Positions 51,448-64,000 of a DNA stretch of 64,000 bases are shown one piece after another. Within the stretch, counting starts at the first letter, position 1. Each line of letters starts with the position of its first letter. Under the pieces are notes generated by a model. The model had not been told where the DNA came from. It made no database searches and saw only the letters and a program-made list of their open reading frames with translations. Made by a program: the position numbers and the translations under genes. Source of the DNA: Octopus bimaculoides. Taxonomy: Eukaryota. The stretch is taken from contig NC_068991.1 in NCBI RefSeq assembly GCF_001194135.2, positions 39,471,618 through 39,535,617 on the forward strand, in the 5' to 3' direction.

Positions 51448-52307
51448 TGGTATTAAAAGGTTCCAGGACTAGTTATGTTTAATAAAAAATAACTTTACCT
51501 AAGTTTTAATATCATCTCCTTTGAAATAGTCACCTTGCACAGCAATACACCAGTCCTAGCATTGTTGACACCTTTGGAATCCAGTCTGTCACATGTTTTC
51601 CGTAAGCAAGTCGAGGACCTTCTGTGATTTGCTCAGGATCTCAACAATAGTGTTAATATGGCAACCTTTGAGCTGCATTTTCATCTTGGGGAAGAGATGG
51701 AAGTCTGCAGGTGCTAAATCTGGTGAACAGGGTGGGTGTGGAAGTGACACCATGTTCTTTTTGGAAACAAACTCAGGAATGAGGAGAGCTTAGTGAAAAA
51801 TCCAGTTCTTCACACTCCACAGATCCAGTTGCTTTTGCCGAATGTTCTTCCTCAAACTATTCAAAACGTTGTAGTAGAACTCATGATTGCCGTCTGGCTC
51901 TGGGGGACGAATTCTCAATGCACAATACCACATTTATGGGGGTGATGCTTGTGGCAGGTCTTCCAGAGGCATTCTTCCACCTTTCAAGCACCTGTGCCAC
52001 CTGAAGCATTGCATACAATCCATTGCCTTGTTGCTGTAAGCATGCTCAATATCTCTGAAGCAGACTTCCCAAGTTTAACACAAAATTTCACATTGGCTCT
52101 TTGCTCCAACTTGCTGTCCTTGACAAAAATTTAAGACTACAGCATATACATGATCACAAATTTCACAACCTGTGAAGTAAAGACAGCGATATCACTCAGC
52201 ACACTGCCTCATGAAGGTCACTGCTAGCTCTCTCCATGCACACAACCATGTGCTGCCATCTGTTGGTGCACAACAGAACTAGTCTGAGAATTTTTGATAC
52301 CACCTTG
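51443..52307 (-). mobile_element. Internally deleted mariner element
   Basis: TIRs TA|tgagatggtattaaaaggttccaggact and agtctgagaatttttgataccaccttg|TA. Minus-strand peptide PPCSPDLAPADFHLFPKMKMQLKG matches the mariner YSPDLAPxD motif. Confidence 0.88.
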
Positions 52308-52670
52308 TATATGGTACTAGTGTGTGGTACCTTGAACAAGTGGCTTCTTTTAGAGCCCTGGGCTGACCAAAGCCTTGTGAGTAAATTTGGTAAATGGCAA
52401 CTGGAAGAGGCCCAACATAATCATCACAATCATTGTTTATACGTCCACTTGTATTCACATGGGTTAGAAAGAATTTGTTGAAAATAATTTTCTATGGCTG
52501 GATACCCTTCTTGTTTCCAAGTAAGGTAATATTTACCTATGACCAGATGTTCTCACAAAAGATTGGAAGTAAAAGTTGCAACCTATATGATGGTGACACA
52601 TTTACAATGGTCATGATGTCAAGCCAAGGAGACATCAATACACACAAACACACACACATGTATATATATG

Positions 52671-55192
52671 TACAATCATACCTCACCTTACATTGTTAAT
52701 TGGTTCCAGAGGACATGACTTAGGTCGAAATAACCATTATTTAAATATATATACATCATCATCATCATCGTTTAACGTCCGCTTTCCATGCTAGCATGGG
52801 TTGGACGATTTGACTGAGGACTGGTGAAACCGGATGGCAACACCAGGCTCCAGTCTGATTTGGCAGAGTTTCTACAGCTGGATGCCCTTCCTAACGCCAA
52901 CCACTCAGAGAGTGTAGTGGGTGCTTTTACGTGTCACCTGCACGAAAACGGCCNNNNNNNNNNNNNNNNNNNNNNNNNNNNNNNNNNNNNNNNNNATGCT
53001 ATTAGAAAGAAATAATTTCAAATATTGTACTGTTGCCTACCTGATAGCTGACATTGGTGTTACTTGTTGAGGCTGGTGTAGGAGATTACACACTACACGC
53101 CGATAGTTGGGGATTGTCAGCTGACTCCTGTTGTGATGGTGTAGATCATTGTGCCAACTTATCTAAAGTTCCTTGAATTGTCTTTTTCTCCTTCTCTTCA
53201 AGGATTAAGTAATAAGGTGCAATAGTATCTTGACAACCCACTAATATTTTTACAAAACATTGTGTATTGAGATCCATTTCCTCAAACAAAGCAAGACATT
53301 TCTTGAAATGAGAAAAAGCCTCTTGCATTTTATTCAACGTAAAATGATGAGGCTTGGGATCAGGTTTTTCTTCTTCCCTTTTCCTTTTATTCATGAAGTT
53401 CCATCAACTCTTTGTTTGTTAGGGACTGTTTATCTTTCTCAAATAATTCATCAAAATCTGTACTTCCAGCTCCATTTCCAGTTCATTGCTCAACTGCACC
53501 AAGGTCTTGTTCACTTAAAACATTGTCAAAACCCATAAAGTCATTGACAAATTATGGGTACAACTTCTTCCACGCACCATTCATAGCCATGCTCTTCTAC
53601 TCCATGCAGCTGCTATGTTCACAATGGCTTTGTAGATGTAACTTTTCCAAAAGTCACAGATTGTAATGCTTTCATCAATGTCAGTTGCAGATATTGCTTG
53701 GCATAACGTACGCTTCATATAATAGCGCTTGAAGATGGCAATTATCCCACTGATTGCAGCAGTGAGGTAGTGTTAGGAGGGAAGAAGATAACAGTAACAC
53801 TGCGATGGAAATCTCTGATGTTTTTTGGGTGGCCTGGAGCATTATTTAAGACAAGCAAAACTTTAAAAAGAATCCTTTTAGCCTTACAGTACTTTTCTGC
53901 TTCAGGAGCAAAATCATTGAAAAACCATTCTTCAAAAATAATGATAGTGATCTAAGTCTTTGAATTGGCCATCCATATTTCAGGAAGAGATTCCTTGGGC
54001 ATGTTCTTAAGAACTCAGGGGTTCAGCACATGATATACAAGTAGCAGTTTTATCTTGCAATTGCCTCCCAACACTAAGGTCAAATGTTCTTTTGATACTC
54101 TGTAGCCAGGAATTCTTTACTCTTCCTTGGATATGAAAGAACGATCTGGTAATTTCTTCCAGTAGATATCAGTCTCATCAACATTGAATATTTGTTCGGG
54201 TAGAAATCCATTATTTTCAATAATCTTCGCTAAAGTAGCAGGAAATTCCACTGCAGCATCATCAGTTGATGTGCTCTCACCTTGTTTCTTGAGAGAGTGC
54301 AAATTCTGTTGCTGCTTAAACATCATAAACCATCTCTGACTTGCACCTTAAATTCTACGTCTTTCTCATCTGGATATTTCTTTTTCAAATCTTCAAAGAC
54401 AATGCTTTCTCCTGAATTATTTCCTGACTACAATTTGCTTGCTGATGATTCTGCCTTTCAACCTAAAGGGAAAGAAGCTGCTCCATCTCTTCATAGATTC
54501 ATCCCCTTTTCTTGTTGATGATGGTACTTTTCATCCCTGGATCATCATCCTTCACATGTGCCATAATCCTATCTCTATCGTGCACAATCGCTGATAAAGT
54601 CGTACAGTTCATCTCAAACGATCGTGCAATGGCTACAATCTTTTCATATCGTTTTATCATATCCACTTTATCTTCCAGCAATATGGCTTTATGCTTACCA
54701 CTTTCACTAGGATTCTTCTTTGGAGCCATGGGGCTAAAATGTAAATCACAAAAATGATTGTACAAAATTTCACAGCACTGTTGACGTGAACACATTTGAA
54801 AAGCTTGTGGCTGGAGCATGAATCCTACCTATTGGAAAACATCTGAACTAGTATACTTGTTCCGATTCGTATTACCGTGAACCTGTAACTTTTAATGTCT
54901 TTTGTTTTTAAATGAATTTTAATTCTTTATGATGCATACTGTATTTTAATATTAATTTTAATATACTATACAGATTATATGTTTCTATTGCTTTTTTTAA
55001 ATTTATTTCCCAGAGATGAATACGAAGGTAACCAATTGATACAACCCAGAACTAACAGTGTAGTATATTATGAACATTATTGCTGTTTTGCCAAGTGACA
55101 TAAATTAATATTGTATTTAATAATTCAGAAAGACTGACATATCTTCAGAAATGACGTAACTCGAAATGACTTAGCCAGAGGTATATGTGTAT
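52671..55192 (-). mobile_element. Tigger/pogo (CENP-B-type) transposon, pseudogenised, with a nested young RTE 3' copy (~52755-52953) and gap N 52954-52995
   Basis: MAPKK...KAILLEDKVDMIKRYEK (CENP-B HTH) and PEQIFNVDETDIYWKKLPDRSFISKEE (first catalytic D) are present, with an acidic/KTIQGTLDK C-terminus. Imperfect TIRs: TAcaatcatacctc / gaggtatatgtgTA. Confidence 0.88.
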
Positions 55193-58100
55193 ATATATAT
55201 ATGTATGTACAAACGAGGAGTTTCTTTCAGTTTCTGTCTACTAAATCCACTCACAAGGGTTTTGGTCAGCCAAAACTGGGGCTATAGTAGAAGGCACTTG
55301 CCTGAGATGCCACACAGTAGGAAACTAATAATTTAGTATATTCATAACTTATTTACTAAAATCTAAGAAAATATGACACCACACCTGGATTATGGACACC
55401 AATGAAAAAATTAGTCGTATGAGTTCTAGAGCTCATGACAGACCTAGGTCTAAGTGTGTATGTATATATGTGTGTGTGCTTGCATGCGCATGTCTCTCCT
55501 TGTCTTAACATTGTGTGATGTTGTAAACAAATGTTACCGTCATACAAATGTTGTTCATTTCCAATTTTATGTGAAAAAACGTCTGGTCAGGAGAATATGG
55601 AAACTTGCTTGGAAACTGGTGTGGATTGGCTACAGGAAAGGGCATCTGCTGATGGAAAATCTGTTTCAATGAGTTCCATTGTGACCCATGCATGGAAAAG
55701 TGAACATTAAAAATGATGATAACGATAATGACTTCATCTTTTATCCTTTACTTGTTTCAGTTGTTAGACTGTGGCCATGCTGGGGCACCACCTTGAAGAA
55801 TTTTCAGTTGAACAAATTGACATCAGTACTTATTGTTTTGTTAAACCTGGTACTTATTTTATTGGGATCTTCTGCTGAACTGCAAAGTTATGGGGATGCA
55901 CACACACCAACACTAGTTGTCAAGTAGTAGTGGGGGACAAACACATACACACGACAGGCTTCTTATAATTTTTCAGTCTACCAAATCCACTCACAAAGGT
56001 TTGGTTGGCCCAAGGCTATAGTAGAAGACACTTGCCATGCAATGGGACTGAACCCAAAACCATGAGGTTGGGAAGCAAGCTTCTTACCACACAGTCTTCT
56101 TTACCATTCAAGCAATGTTTATTTCTTAATAAGTGGGTTTATATCTACTCCAAGTATTAAGAAATAATATTGTATAATGATTACAATTCTATCATATCAC
56201 AGTGAAATCAATGCAAGATCTGTAACTGGACCTGGAACACTGATGGTCCATCAGTGAAAAGACAATGAGTACTTTTAAATGAAATATTTAACATGTTTGC
56301 TGCAAATTGCCCTTCTTTAAGAAGAGATACCCACTTGACTACAAAGCAAGGTTGGTATATTTATTGTGGTTATTGCTCCAAGTCATCCCTGATCCAGCAA
56401 ACTTATGATCAAGGATGTTCCAGCCATCTTTCATCTCCCTTGAAGAATTTTTATTAAACTCATTGACCCCAGTATTTACTATTTTTTTGTAAAGCCCGGT
56501 CTCTTTTGTCAAACTTCTAACTTACAGGAATGTAAACACACCAACACCAGTCATGAAATGGTGGTGGGTGACAAACACATACACAAAGACACACACACAT
56601 ACATATATATGAGTCTTTCAATTTTTGTCTACCAAATCCTCTCACAAGATTTTGGTCAGCACAAGGCTATAGTAGAAGGCACTAGCTCAAGGTGCCACAT
56701 AGTGGGACTGAACCTGGAACCATGTGGTTGGGAAGCAAGCTTCTTACCACACAGCTATACCTGCATCTAGCCATGATCATCTTTTTCTTTTGTAGACAAT
56801 CAAAGACTTCTTTTTTTGAAAGAGAATAGATGTATACTTTGAGGGAGATTTAGCTGCTAAGTAAAGAGATTCCTTTTTTTGGTTGATATAAGGTGATGTA
56901 GGGCTTTGGTAAAAGGAACAACAAAATGATGACTGCAGCTGTATATGAATTCATGAAGCTTGAATCAATATCTTAACTATTCTGACAGGTTGCTTCAACT
57001 GTTTTGAATCCACTCTTTGTCCCCATGAGCCTCATTTTACATCTTCTTTCCATGCCAGTATTAGTTAAGTGTGTTGTTATAATTCAAGTGAGTTCTGACT
57101 CAGAATTAATAACCTCCCAGATAGGTTGGAGGATCATGTTGTTTGTTCCATTTCTGGTTTGGTTTTCATGACTGGATGCCTTTCATAATACCAACCACTT
57201 CACACAGTGTATTTTATTGTGGTGCCAAGACTAGAAAGCTTGTCATGTCCTTGACTAGAACAAAGGGCCTTCTCAACCTTACAGTGTCCTTGTTTATTAA
57301 AAGCACTTTGACCTAGGAGGGGGTGAATAAAAGTTGGAGTAATGATGGAAGGAGCAAGTTGAGTAGTTTGAGAGGAACAAGGGTATGATGGAGAAAATAG
57401 AGTGAATGAGGAGTGATGGAAGAGTGACAGAGCTAGAGAGAGTAATGGAAGAGATACAGTAATGACAGCTATATATTTGCTTGTTAGAGAGAGTGATAAA
57501 TGTCAATAAGGGGATGGTCTGGGGAAGAACAATACAGTGGTCTCTGTGAAGGAGGCTTGATATTAAGTGTTTAGTTTTTTGCTTAAAGAGGAGAGGATCC
57601 CCCTTTGGTTATGAATGACCATGGGATTGCACCTAGAAAGATATCCTCCAAGACACAAGTCTAGGCAAGGTTCTTTCATGGAAGACCAGCAGTCGGCCAT
57701 GCATACCAGCTACTCCTCTCCATGCTACCAATATTATATAAGGGAAAGGCAAAGGCTGATTACAGCTTGGCACCAGTGACACTGCAACTAATTTCTATAG
57801 CTGAGTGAACTGAGCAACGTGAAATAAAGTGTCTTGCTCAAGAACACAACACAGTCCGGTCTGGGAACCGAATTCACTACCTCATGATTGTGGGCCTGAC
57901 TAATTGAACTATACACCTTAACAGTACACAAAATTGATTTGTTGAAGCAGCATATTCAGATTTCATTACAGAGGTCTTATAAAGCATTACATTGAGTTTT
58001 TAACTGAGCTATACGTCTCATAAGAATTTACAATTGCCTATTTCCTGGAACTGGTGTGAATTGTATGACTACAAGCATTGATGCTTTAATCACAGTTTAA

Positions 58101-60441
58101 TGGACTTCTTTGAATCTGCTTAATACAATTATATTTGCTTCAATAGCACTCATTTATGCTATTTATACTTCAGATTTACTTCAAAACTATATATATATAT
58201 ATATCATGATGATGATGATGATATATATATATATATATATTCCTACATATATATATATATATATATTCCTACTTAACCCTTTAGTGTTGCTCCAAGAATA
58301 TGTATTTTGGAAGCTGGAGGCAAGCAGAGTCTTATTGGACTACAGGGGTCTGTGAAAGAACACCCAATGCTGAAGTCATCATGAGTCAGCGTCTGAACAC
58401 AATAATGATCTAGAAAGGATAATGATTTTGTGTCTAAGTATAATTGAATCACCTTTTAGTGGGGTATAAATTCCCCTTTGAATTATAAACTAACAGCCAG
58501 TTGTGAACATCAAGCAAAGTGTGACACCTCTATACTGAACTTTATTAGAAGACTATCCTGTGTAACACCTGTGGCTGACATATTATCTGTGAAAGGAGTA
58601 CTATTGCAATACCTTATAGTGGGATATAAATTCCCCTTAGAATAATAGCATAATGACAATAACAAACATCAAACTAAAGTGCCATATCTTCATATTGGAG
58701 GTTATTAGAATAGACTATTGTACTGAGCAGCAATGGCTGACATATTACATGAATCAAGAGAGATATTTGTAGAAATAAAATGGTACACAAAATAATTTAT
58801 GGCAACTAATTTGTTGTAGCATAAGTGATAGTTATTTGGTTAGAATCCTGCCAGCAAGTGTTTGTTGCTCTTTCTGTCTAATAATGTCTACTATCATTTT
58901 ACATTTATTTCTCATAGTTTCCTTGCACAAGGGTAATGGTGAAGAAGGTACCATATTAACTTTAGTCGTCAGCTGATTTTTGTTGAATAAATGTAGAAAT
59001 ATCTAGAGATGGACATACAAGAGTTAGCCTTGATTTGCTTCTTTTTTCAGGGTTTGATCAGCCCTTCATATATATTTAGATCTTTCAAGACTAAATCCGT
59101 GAAGTTACCCTCTGAATAGCTGTGAGTTAAGGTTAAGCAGTACTAATGCTTAAAGTATATGCACCAGTCTTTTCTGTTAACATCCCAAGTTAATCTGGTG
59201 CCAGTTTTGACAGCTAGATGAACTAACAAAATCTAGTTGAAAACAATCTGTTCAGAAACACAACGAAACACTTACACCGGATTTGAACTCACAATTCACA
59301 GGTAGATAGGGTAAGCATTCAGCCATGACATTTCTAAATAGATTGGGTAAATATTCCAGGATCAGATAACAATGAGGTTTGTTTTGATTATCTTCTTGAT
59401 AGTCAGAATAACAATTAAAATCGTCTCTAGTTCACCAATTGATGCAAAGGTGTAATGAGGATGGTATTATTAGGAAAATAAATAATTTATTAATAGTTTC
59501 TATGTCAACGTGACTTTCTGATATACTGCATTAGCGTGAAAGGAAGTTAGTTTCGTTCCTACAGATATAACAAAAAAGTCCAACCGTTCACACAATCTAT
59601 TTTGTTACCAAATATATAGAGAAATGCCAACAAGTCTGTAATTGAAGCTTTCCGGGGTTTATTATTACTTTTCTTTGTTTGTCTTTTAAACAATGCTGTC
59701 AATTTATTGGGAAACAATGCCACCAATATATCCATAATCTCGTGGGTAGAAGTCCATACTAAATAATTAAATTGCAGTAAACAGTGCGTGTGTGCAATAA
59801 CAATAGTCAGAGGGCGAGAGAGAAAGATAACAATAATAATGATGGAGAAACGACTTTCTCTTGAGTGCAGTTACATTCCACTGACAATAAATATTACACC
59901 GAGCAGGAATTATGCATTATAAAAAAAGGTAATATATCCAATCAATAGAATAAGCATCGGGAAATTTTCCATAAAAGTACACAAACAAAAGCTTCAGAGA
60001 GGAAAAGAGAAATATAGAAACGACCTCCCCCAAAGAAATCCGATTAAAAATAAGAACAAAACAAATTATAAAAATCTATAAAACAGTCTTGCAGGATGCA
60101 GGAATGTTCTTTAACGAAAGTGTTGCAAGAGGCGGGGAGAGTGAATTTCCTAAGTTAAAGGACTAAATCCATGAGTTGATGCTGGCGAATTTATTATTAA
60201 AAGGCGAAAGAAGAGGAAGAGATAGGTAATTGATGTTAATCTATTTTCAGATGCAATTAACATAGTCGGTATTAATGAGGAGGTTTGATGACAGTGGTGT
60301 GTCAGCACTAATTAAGACATTCGGTTTCAATTAAAAACTGAGGGGGAGAGAGACAGAGAGAGAGGGAGAGAGAGTAGATCTCTCCTTATCAATCAATTCA
60401 GATCCCCAAAATGTTCAGATGTTGGTAGTAGTGATATAATT

Positions 60442-60477
<36 letters not shown>

Positions 60478-63400
60478 TAGAGAGTATGAGCAATTCAATT
60501 TTTACATAATCAAACAGTAGAAACAAAGAAGTCAGATATTATCTAAGCCAACTCGACAGGTATTTCCTCTCTTTCTCTCAATGTCCAAAATGACATATAT
60601 TGCAGAGGAGAATTTTGATTATATATATGTATATATGTGTGTATTGATGTTGTTTTTCGAATTGATACATTTAACAAATGGAGTGAAGGTCACGAGAATA
60701 TCGAAACAATTTAAGACAGGAATATTTTCAACAATTGACACATTAAGTCCAGTTATTATGGATTTAGTAAAGTCATTCGACTGTTGCAGTTATTATATTG
60801 ATAATTTACTTTCCAGATACAAAACTGACCGTTAGTTGTTTATAAAAATAAATCAAATACGGAATAACCTTTAACTGTTTTGCTTTTAGACATAAAATAA
60901 TAATTAAAAAAAACCTCCATTTAACTCGTAACTAAATTAACAGTTGTTGAAAATAATTTATCAGATATAACAAGTTTTTTTTTTAAAGACGAAACTTAGA
61001 AGGTTAACCGAAGTGGGCAACGTGAAGAAGAAAATAAGACTTTTCAATGAATTCGAAATAGAACTGATTCTTTGCATCACAGATTTAAGTCCAGCTCTAT
61101 TTTCTCACCAGTTACTAAAGCGTAGTTGTTTCGATAGTGAAAACTAAGAAAAGAAAATAAAGTATATAATAGTAATATGAAGAATGTATCGTACATTCAG
61201 ATGGAAATATTAAAAAAAACAAATATGACTTACTGGCACAATTAAGATACAAAACTCAACATGTGCTGCTTGTTACGTGGCTTACAAATGTCTATTCTGG
61301 GCTGGAATTTTACTTACAAAGTAGGGACAACAACTACGGACTCGATATACTTTGAATTGAAATAGTTACACTTTCAGTTTTATATTAAAGATAACAACAA
61401 TAGTGAAAGATGAATATTTTATATTTCTACCTTTCCGCTTGTTACAGTCAGCCATTTCTAATGTCAGCAAGAGTTATATCCCTTACATCAAGCACTACCA
61501 AATTCTGATTATTTCTGTTACATTAGTGTCACACGTAATGTTACATAGCAAACCTGTAGAAGGGGAGAGGGAGAGAAAGGACAACCATATCAGCTTTTAG
61601 ATATGTACAAAATTATTCAATTTATAGACTAAAAAAGAATGTTATTATAAAATAAATGAGGACGTAGAAGATGCAAAAAAAAAAAAAAAAAAAATTGTGA
61701 CTCCTGTTGTTACACTTACATCAAACAGTATTACTTAGCAAATATAGGAGGAGGAAAGAAACAACAGCCACATAGGTTTTAGAATATTTATTAAATTATT
61801 TAATCTGTATTTGAAATTAAATGCCTCGATGAAATGAACAAATATGAACGGTGAAAATTTTAATTAATTTATGTAACAAACTAATTGTTTCTTTTAATCT
61901 TTCTTCTCCTGATGTCTTTTTTTCCTAGATGGTTTGTTAAAAAAAGGAAACAAAGTATATCCGATGTTTAAGAGAAAATTCCGAGAATCCCACCATTCCG
62001 ATTAAACAACTCTTTAGATATTTATACATTTCGTTTGAGTTTTGAATGTCATTTCACTTTAAAGACGAAGTTACCGATTACAATAAATTCATTGTTGATA
62101 AAATATTGGCAATATTGTTGTCTCTTTATTAACACATTTTAATTTTATACGATTGTCTGTACAGAAATAAGTAAAATACCAGGTAAATCTCCTATAGCGT
62201 TGTTATATGTTTTACAATGGAGATTAAAAGAGTGGGCGAACTAGGACAATGTTTTTTTACCTGTCTATGATGAGGTTGGCTGTCAGTTTCACAATTACAA
62301 ACACACACACATATGTACGTATTTATATGTGTATATGTATGTATGTATTTATTTATATAAAAATATATATGTATATACATATGTGTGTATGTGTATGCGC
62401 GCGCACACACACACATGTATGCACGTAAGTGTGTACGTATATATGTAAGTATGTATGTATATACATATGATGGAATGATAGGCTCTTTATTTCCTCAGTT
62501 AAATGATAAAATATCCAAACTTAATTACGGAATATAGCGGCGGAGTCACATTACATAACAAGCAGTCACTATGCTAAGGCAGCCACTCTCAAACTAACAA
62601 ACAGCACCCCCACTCTCACCGCAAATATTGGTGAACATTTTTTTTGTTCCTCCACTCTCTCTTTATTGATGAGAAAACATAGAAATTAGAGTTTGAGGGT
62701 ATCTGATTCTTCTAGCTTCGCTATGGTTCAAAAGTTCAAAAGTTCAAAAGTTAAAAGTTTGAAACTTGAATTTTATCAAACATGGCAGTTTGTTTTTTCC
62801 CCTTTTAATCCTTACAGGTCTCTTTCCTCGCAAGAAACACACTGCTCATGTATTAAATGGACTGAGTTCGCAGTCCAATGGAGATGCCAATGACGGTCAG
62901 GATAAGATTGCTACTGATACAATCGGTGATTGACGGATGGTTCCATGTGGAAGGCACGGTGGTTAGGGGCTTTATATTTGTAATGTACCATTGCGAACTT
63001 TTCCATTGATGTTATCCTTATTTGCCGACTCAGTTACTTACCTTCACATTGTCGTTCTAAGATCTTATCAGTTACTGTTGTTATTTATGAATCTTAGTTT
63101 GACAACAAATCGGATCTATTGAGGAAGGAGAATAAAGCCAAAACATGTTCTGCTTTGTCACCACATCAGTCAAGGGTCGGACTCATTCCTCACCTTGCAT
63201 AACTCAGTTTCAGTTTTTGATGAATTGGCATTTCGAGAGTTCTCTCCCTCGTCTCTTTAGAGCGGAACTTCCATTAACACTAATACCTTTCCTTCTTATA
63301 GTTACTGATTTAAAAAGTTATTGTTAGTTCATCATTTTATGTACGACAGTCTACACTTGACTGCATTTCTAATATAGTTGACGAAACTGAAGCATAATCG

Positions 63401-64000
63401 TTAAGTTCTTAACGAACTGAAGTATGATACTTATCCAGTTCTTAACTGTAACGGTTCCATACACTCTGCTAAAGTCCATAGGAAACAGTTACTTGATATC
63501 AGCAACTTATGCACGCTGGTTTGGGAACTTATGTCATAACAAGATTGAGTGCATGAAGTGCGGTGAAACGATACAGGCACATTTTGAATCAAAGAACTTC
63601 TCTTCATATATATATATATCTCATTGGTCTAAAAACACCTGGATGAATTCCAGAACCAGCATCTCCTGGCTACGATCAAAGCCTCAAACCGAAAAGTCAG
63701 AAACACGCAGATCATATAAACCATTCTGCAAACAACTCCAACCAATCGTTAATAGCCATCTGGAATTGGACGAAACCTACTGGGTAATTTGATCACTCCA
63801 TCAGCCATTGTATAACAGAATTCAGCAGACTATATTTTATCTCGCACACACACACACGTCAACAGATACCTGATCAAAGACAGTCCCTGGAATATAATCT
63901 TTTGCCTCAATTTTCGCTATTATTATAGAAACTCTTAAGATCAAATACAGCAAAGAAACTAGATAACTCCTGTTTTGATAAGAAGTATTATACTTGAAAT

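Noticed and set aside
59560-59740. Basic minus-strand ORF MDILVALFPNKLTALFKRQTKKSNNKPRKAS... as a possible mitochondrial presequence exon
   Set aside because: Its plausible GT donors are phase 1, whereas the 48484 acceptor needs phase 2, and they are weak.
63424-63792. 122-aa plus-strand ORF with a CxxC
   Set aside because: It has no recognisable domain, runs through a TA microsatellite and lacks supporting splice sites.

Overview
This is AT-rich, repeat-dense eukaryotic genomic DNA with three N gaps. The tRNA-derived SINE families, RTE LINEs and TTAA-flanked MITE point to an octopod cephalopod (inference). The only host gene I can support is a minus-strand class II tRNA nucleotidyltransferase (CCA-adding enzyme, TRNT1-like). 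I assembled it by hand from six phase-compatible GT-AG exons: 48139-48484, 37929-38058, 25156-25282, 17412-17497, 7974-8081 and 6228-6340. They give 283 codons from the ATG at 48423, and the remaining 3' exons appear to lie beyond the window start. The catalytic DxD, templating EDxxR and SxERI motifs are intact. However, the flexible loop associated with terminal A-addition is wholly replaced at unchanged length, RRD reads KRD, and several other usually conserved residues differ. That makes it a candidate specialised or partial-activity (e.g. CC-adding) paralog, the most interesting signal here. The introns are filled with RTE, Tx1/L1 and R4/Dong-like LINE remnants, Tc1, mariner, maT and Tigger DNA transposons, a Helitron Pif1 helicase remnant, MITEs, a probable solo LTR and many SINEs. 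They also carry several hairpin-forming inverted repeats and local duplications. The last ~4.7 kb is TE-poor and CpG-retaining, like a promoter/5' region.
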